This document shows, one piece after another, positions 60,203-64,000 of a stretch of DNA of 64,000 nucleotides. A program made the translations under genes and the position numbers. A model generated the notes under the pieces. It saw only the letters and a program-made list of their open reading frames with translations. It searched no databases and was not told where the DNA came from. The DNA comes from a bacterium (lineage in GTDB: Bacteria > SAR324 > JACQKK01): positions 502,681-566,680 of the forward strand of contig OZ251219.1 in assembly GCA_965240465.1 (NCBI GenBank), read 5' to 3'. Every line of letters starts with the position of its first letter. The stretch's first letter is position 1.

Positions 60203-63200
60203 CTAGAGCAAGGCTTTTAGGGCTTTTCCCGTATGGCTAGCTGGGTTTTGGCAGATTTCTTGGGGAGTTCCCATCGCCACGATTTCACCACCGAGTTCTC
60301 CCTCTTCGGGACCTAAATCTAGAATGAAATCCGCGGTTTTCAGAACCTCCAGATTGTGTTCTATCACCACCACCGAGTGTCCTTGGTCCACGATGCGGTG
60401 CAGAGCCGCCAGCAATTTGCAAACATCCTCTGAGTGTAAGCCAGTAGTGGGCTCATCAAATAGATAAAGAGTGGGTAGGGAGCGGAGCTTATTTAGCTCG
60501 GCGGCTAGTTTGAGTCGCTGAGCCTCCCCGCCAGAAAGAGTGTTGGCAGCTTGTCCTAGCTGGATGTACCCCAGTCCCACCTCAGCCAGAGTTTCCAACC
60601 CGCGTTTGATTTGGGGCTGATTGGCAAATAGCGAGCGAGCGGGCTGGACTTCCAGCTGCAATATATCGGCAATGCTGTATCCTTTGAAGGTTATTTGCAG
60701 GGTTTGTTGATTATAACGCTTTCCCTTGCATTGTGGGCATTTAGTCCAAACATCAGCCAGAAAATGCATCTCAATATGCAGGAAGCCGCGTCCCTCGCAA
60801 GTGGTACAGCGTCCTGAGGGCATATTGAAGCTAAACCGCCCTGCCGAGTAACCCCTCGCCCGAGCTTGGGGCATGGCGGCCATCAAGGTGCGTAGGTGGG
60901 ACATTAACCCCATATAAGTGGCTGGATTAGACCTCGGGGTTCTGCCGATGGGAGTTTGGTCAACCACCAGCAAGCGTTCAATGGATTGAAAACCACTCAG
61001 GCTACCCAGAACCGCAGGAAGACTAGCTTGGCTGGTTCCTAAATGATTCTCCAACAAGGGTCTTAGAACCTGATGAATGAGGGTACTTTTGCCACTCCCA
61101 GAAACACCGCTCACTGCCACTAAGGACTGCAAGGGTATTTTGGCTTGAACGTTCTTTAGATTATGCAAGGAGACATTTTTAAGCTGCAGGAAATTCCGAA
61201 CGGGTCGGATTTTGGCGGGTAGTGGAATCATTCGGCGACCACTGAGATATTGACCCGTAAGAGAACTCGCCTTAGCCGCAACCTGACGGGGAGTGCCTTG
61301 GGCAACTACTTGCCCTCCATAGCGACCGGCCGCGGGACCGATATCTATCAGGTGGTCGGCAAATTTAATCACTTGAGGATCATGTTCCACCACGCAGATG
61401 GTATTGCCACGCCGCTTGAGCTGATCCAAAGTATTCAGCAGCTGTTGGGTGTCTCTGGGATGAAGACCGATGGTGGGTTCATCCAGTACATAAAGTACTC
61501 CCACCAACTGAGCCCCCAATTGAGATGCCAAGCGAATACGCTGAGCCTCACCACCAGAAAGGGTGGAAGACCGACGATGAAGATGAAGATGCCCCAAACC
61601 TACATTTTCCAAAAAAATAAGCCGCGAATAGATCTCTTGGCGAGGCTGCTTAGCGATCAAGGCTTCGTTCTCAGATAGCTGCCATTGTTCAAGTTGCTGC
61701 TTGGCTTGGCTGACCGTTTGCTGGCAAAACTCAGCAATGGATGTTTTCTGCCAGCGTACATTGCGGGCTAGTGGCATTAATCGGGATCCTTGGCAGGCTG
61801 GACAAGCAACTAAGTTCAGCAATTCTGCTACATCCCGCTTATGAGACTCATCACTTTGGGCTAGCTTTTGACTAAGCAGGGTGTTAATCCCTGGTAGCTG
61901 CCCATCTCCTTCCATCAGCCAAAGGCGTTCCTGAGGGAGCAAATTTTTGGCAGCCTTGGAAATATAAATCCGATGGCGGCGGGCAATGCGTCTAGCTCCC
62001 CTTTGAATGTTGCTGTGAGGATTGTTGAACCAAGCCGTTATCGCACTGGGGCGTAATGCCCCCTTAAAGAGAGGTTTCTTAGGGTTGATAACCCAACGCT
62101 CCCAATCCAGCTGAGTAGTATTTCCCAGCCCCTCACAAGTGGGACAAGCCCCATGGGGCGAATTAAAACTGAATTGTCGTGGAGATAACTCGGGCCAAGT
62201 TATGCCATCTTTTAGACAAGTTGGATGCTCGCTAAATAAGAGTACCTCAGGGCTGGATTTTTGGATTGCATCAGGGGAGAAATCATCCCCCTTGACCAAG
62301 CTCACTAAGCCACCGTTTTGTTTATAGGCGGTGGTAATTGATTCATCCAAGCGTTGCCGTTGGGAAGCATCACACTTCAGGCGGTCAATAACGATGTGTA
62401 GCTGGGATAGCTGATTCGTTCTTTGGGGCTGATATTGCTCCAGTTCCCACATTTGAGGCTTAGGAGCTGATTGCCAAAGGCGAGTAAAGCCCTCTGCCTG
62501 ATAAGTATCCAAGCGTTTTTTGAGGGCTGCTTTACCGATAATCTCAGGTTGGGCTGGGATAGCCATGGGAGTACATACCAGTAGGTGTTTCTTTGAAACA
62601 CCGCTCCCAGAAACACCGCTCCCAGAAACACCGCTCCCAGAAACACCGCTTTCAGCAGATTGCAACAGTAGCAGCTGAGTGAGCTGTGCAGCTGGAAAAG
62701 CCTTGAGCGGAGCTTGACAGTGGGGGCAGTGAGGTTGTCCTAGGCGAGCATAGATGATACGCAGATAGTCATAAATTTCGGTAGCCGTAGCCACAGTAGA
62801 ACGCGGAGTACGAGTACTATGCTTTTGATCAATTGCAATGGCAGGGCTCAATCCCTCAATGGAGCGGACTCTGGGTTTATCCATTCTGCCGAGGAAACGA
62901 CGGGCATAAGTAGAAAGTGATTCCACATAACGAGCTTGACCTTCTGCAAATAGGGTATCCAACGCCAAGCTGCTTTTGCCACAGCCAGAAACTCCCGTGA
63001 GGACGGTCAGCTTATTTTTAGGGAGTCGTACATCAATGTTTTGGAGGTTGTTGTTTTCCGCGCCCCAGACTAGTATATCGCGGGAAGGCTGGAAGGCTTT
63101 CTTAGCTAACAGATTACCATCCGCTGGATGTTTGTCTGGTTTCCAGTTTCCTAAGGGAGATTTTAGTACTTCCTTGAGGGCCAGACCAGTCAACGAGTTT

Positions 63201-64000
63201 TTATGTTCGGCAATGACCTCAGGAGGACCTTCTGCCACCAATTTACCGCCTTGGTCTCCGCCATGGGGACCTAAATCAAGGATCCAATCGGCACTATTTA
63301 GTACGTCTAGATTGTGCTCAATCACCACCACGCTGTGTCCTGCCTCTACCAGACCATGCAGGCATGAGAGCAGGTTAAAGACATCCTTGCCATGCAAACC
63401 AGTAGTAGGCTCATCCAGTAGATATAGGGTGTGTAAGCCCGGCTTCTTGCGGAGCTCTGAGGCTAATTTAAGCCGTTGGGCTTCGCCTCCAGATAAGGTG
63501 GTACTGGGTTGTCCTAGTACCAGATATCCTAATCCTACTTCTACCAAAGAATTCAGGATCCGCTTGGCTTCGGGTACCGATGAAAAAAATTGCTGGGCTT
63601 CATCAACAGTCATGCCCAAGACAGATTGAATATGGTGCTGCTTATAGCGTACCTGTAGGGTTTCTTCATTAAAGCGACGCCCCTGACAAGCCTCACAAAC
63701 CACTTCTACATTGCTTAAAAACTGCATTTCAATCACCCGTACTCCCCCTCCTTTACAGATCTCGCAGCGACCGCCCTTTACATTAAAACTAAAGCGTCCC
63801 GCCTTATACCCTCGCATGCGTGCCAAGCGGGTACGAGTGAACAAATCCCTAATAACATCCATCAATTTGGTGTAGGTAGCCGCATTGCTACGGGGAGTGC
63901 GTCCGATCGGGGTTTGGCTGATTTCAATCACCTTATTAAGCTCTTGCAATCCCTTTATCTGCGACACCAATGATAAGGGTTGGCGATTCAAATAGGCTCG
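60203..64000 (-). CDS. uvrA: Tandem-fused (single-chain double) UvrA-like excinuclease ATPase; 5' end lies outside the window
   Basis: The ORF is open to the window edge. The visible part contains the C-terminal half of one UvrA unit (..IGRTPRSNAATYT.., CxxC...CxxC, LSGGEAQRLKLA, LLDEPTTGLH). A linker of about 30 aa follows, then a complete second unit starting NNLQNIDVRLP...GVSGCGKSSLALDTLFAEGQARYVESLSTYARRFLG and running to its own end. Confidence 0.85.
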   Translation of the reverse strand, partial: RAYLNRQPLSLVSQIKGLQELNKVIEISQTPIGRTPRSNAATYTKLMDVIRDLFTRTRLARMRGYKAGRFSFNVKGGRCEICKGGGVRVIEMQFLSNVEVVCEACQGRRFNEETLQVRYKQHHIQSVLGMTVDEAQQFFSSVPEAKRILNSLVEVGLGYLVLGQPSTTLSGGEAQRLKLASELRKKPGLHTLYLLDEPTTGLHGKDVFNLLSCLHGLVEAGHSVVVIEHNLDVLNSADWILDLGPHGGDQGGKLVAEGPPEVIAEHKNSLTGLALKEVLKSPLGNWKPDKHPADGNLLAKKAFQPSRDILVWGAENNNLQNIDVRLPKNKLTVLTGVSGCGKSSLALDTLFAEGQARYVESLSTYARRFLGRMDKPRVRSIEGLSPAIAIDQKHSTRTPRSTVATATEIYDYLRIIYARLGQPHCPHCQAPLKAFPAAQLTQLLLLQSAESGVSGSGVSGSGVSGSGVSKKHLLVCTPMAIPAQPEIIGKAALKKRLDTYQAEGFTRLWQSAPKPQMWELEQYQPQRTNQLSQLHIVIDRLKCDASQRQRLDESITTAYKQNGGLVSLVKGDDFSPDAIQKSSPEVLLFSEHPTCLKDGITWPELSPRQFSFNSPHGACPTCEGLGNTTQLDWERWVINPKKPLFKGALRPSAITAWFNNPHSNIQRGARRIARRHRIYISKAAKNLLPQERLWLMEGDGQLPGINTLLSQKLAQSDESHKRDVAELLNLVACPACQGSRLMPLARNVRWQKTSIAEFCQQTVSQAKQQLEQWQLSENEALIAKQPRQEIYSRLIFLENVGLGHLHLHRRSSTLSGGEAQRIRLASQLGAQLVGVLYVLDEPTIGLHPRDTQQLLNTLDQLKRRGNTICVVEHDPQVIKFADHLIDIGPAAGRYGGQVVAQGTPRQVAAKASSLTGQYLSGRRMIPLPAKIRPVRNFLQLKNVSLHNLKNVQAKIPLQSLVAVSGVSGSGKSTLIHQVLRPLLENHLGTSQASLPAVLGSLSGFQSIERLLVVDQTPIGRTPRSNPATYMGLMSHLRTLMAAMPQARARGYSAGRFSFNMPSGRCTTCEGRGFLHIEMHFLADVWTKCPQCKGKRYNQQTLQITFKGYSIADILQLEVQPARSLFANQPQIKRGLETLAEVGLGYIQLGQAANTLSGGEAQRLKLAAELNKLRSLPTLYLFDEPTTGLHSEDVCKLLAALHRIVDQGHSVVVIEHNLEVLKTADFILDLGPEEGELGGEIVAMGTPQEICQNPASHTGKALKALL

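Overview
This is a chromosomal window from a flagellated Gram-negative (diderm) bacterium. I cannot name the taxon from sequence alone. The backbone is ordinary housekeeping DNA of mid GC content. It carries flhF/flhG, ddl, a class A PBP, rodA, pepA, thiE, rpoD, a moaD-moaE fusion, nadA/nadC, tkt, rpe, lptB with an OstA-like gene, pyrG, rplU/rpmA, rsmD, polA, an lptE-like lipoprotein, pyrE, priA, map, tgt, glyA and a tandem-fused uvrA that runs off the right edge.

Three visibly AT-rich islands interrupt the backbone, and all three are restriction-modification modules:
- 344-3119: a BcgI-like Type IIB pair next to an IS1595-like transposase remnant.
- 14236-16283: a beta-class SPPY methyltransferase plus a PD-(D/E)XK partner.
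- 57328-60078: a DPPF methyltransferase with a frameshifted, truncated HNH tail, next to a convergent Dam-like methylase / GIY-YIG nuclease pair.

The most unusual properties are structural:
- Almost every intergenic gap and many gene termini carry short perfect tandem repeats of 10-83 bp. Every array I checked inside a CDS has a period divisible by 3.
- A perfect 194-bp x4 amplification sits at the tkt/rpe junction and creates three chimeric ORFs.
- A 32-bp duplication frameshifts an RDD-family gene.
- An in-frame TGA sits exactly at the first Cys of the CxxC motif of a periplasmic thioredoxin-like protein, followed by a SECIS-like hairpin. This is a candidate selenoprotein.
- An 875-bp gene-free gap has a consensus sigma70 promoter and a terminator-like 3' end around an unidentified ~390-nt unit.

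I saw no rRNA, tRNA or CRISPR array. All functional calls come from motif recognition by eye, with no database search, and start codons are often ambiguous because repeats abut them.
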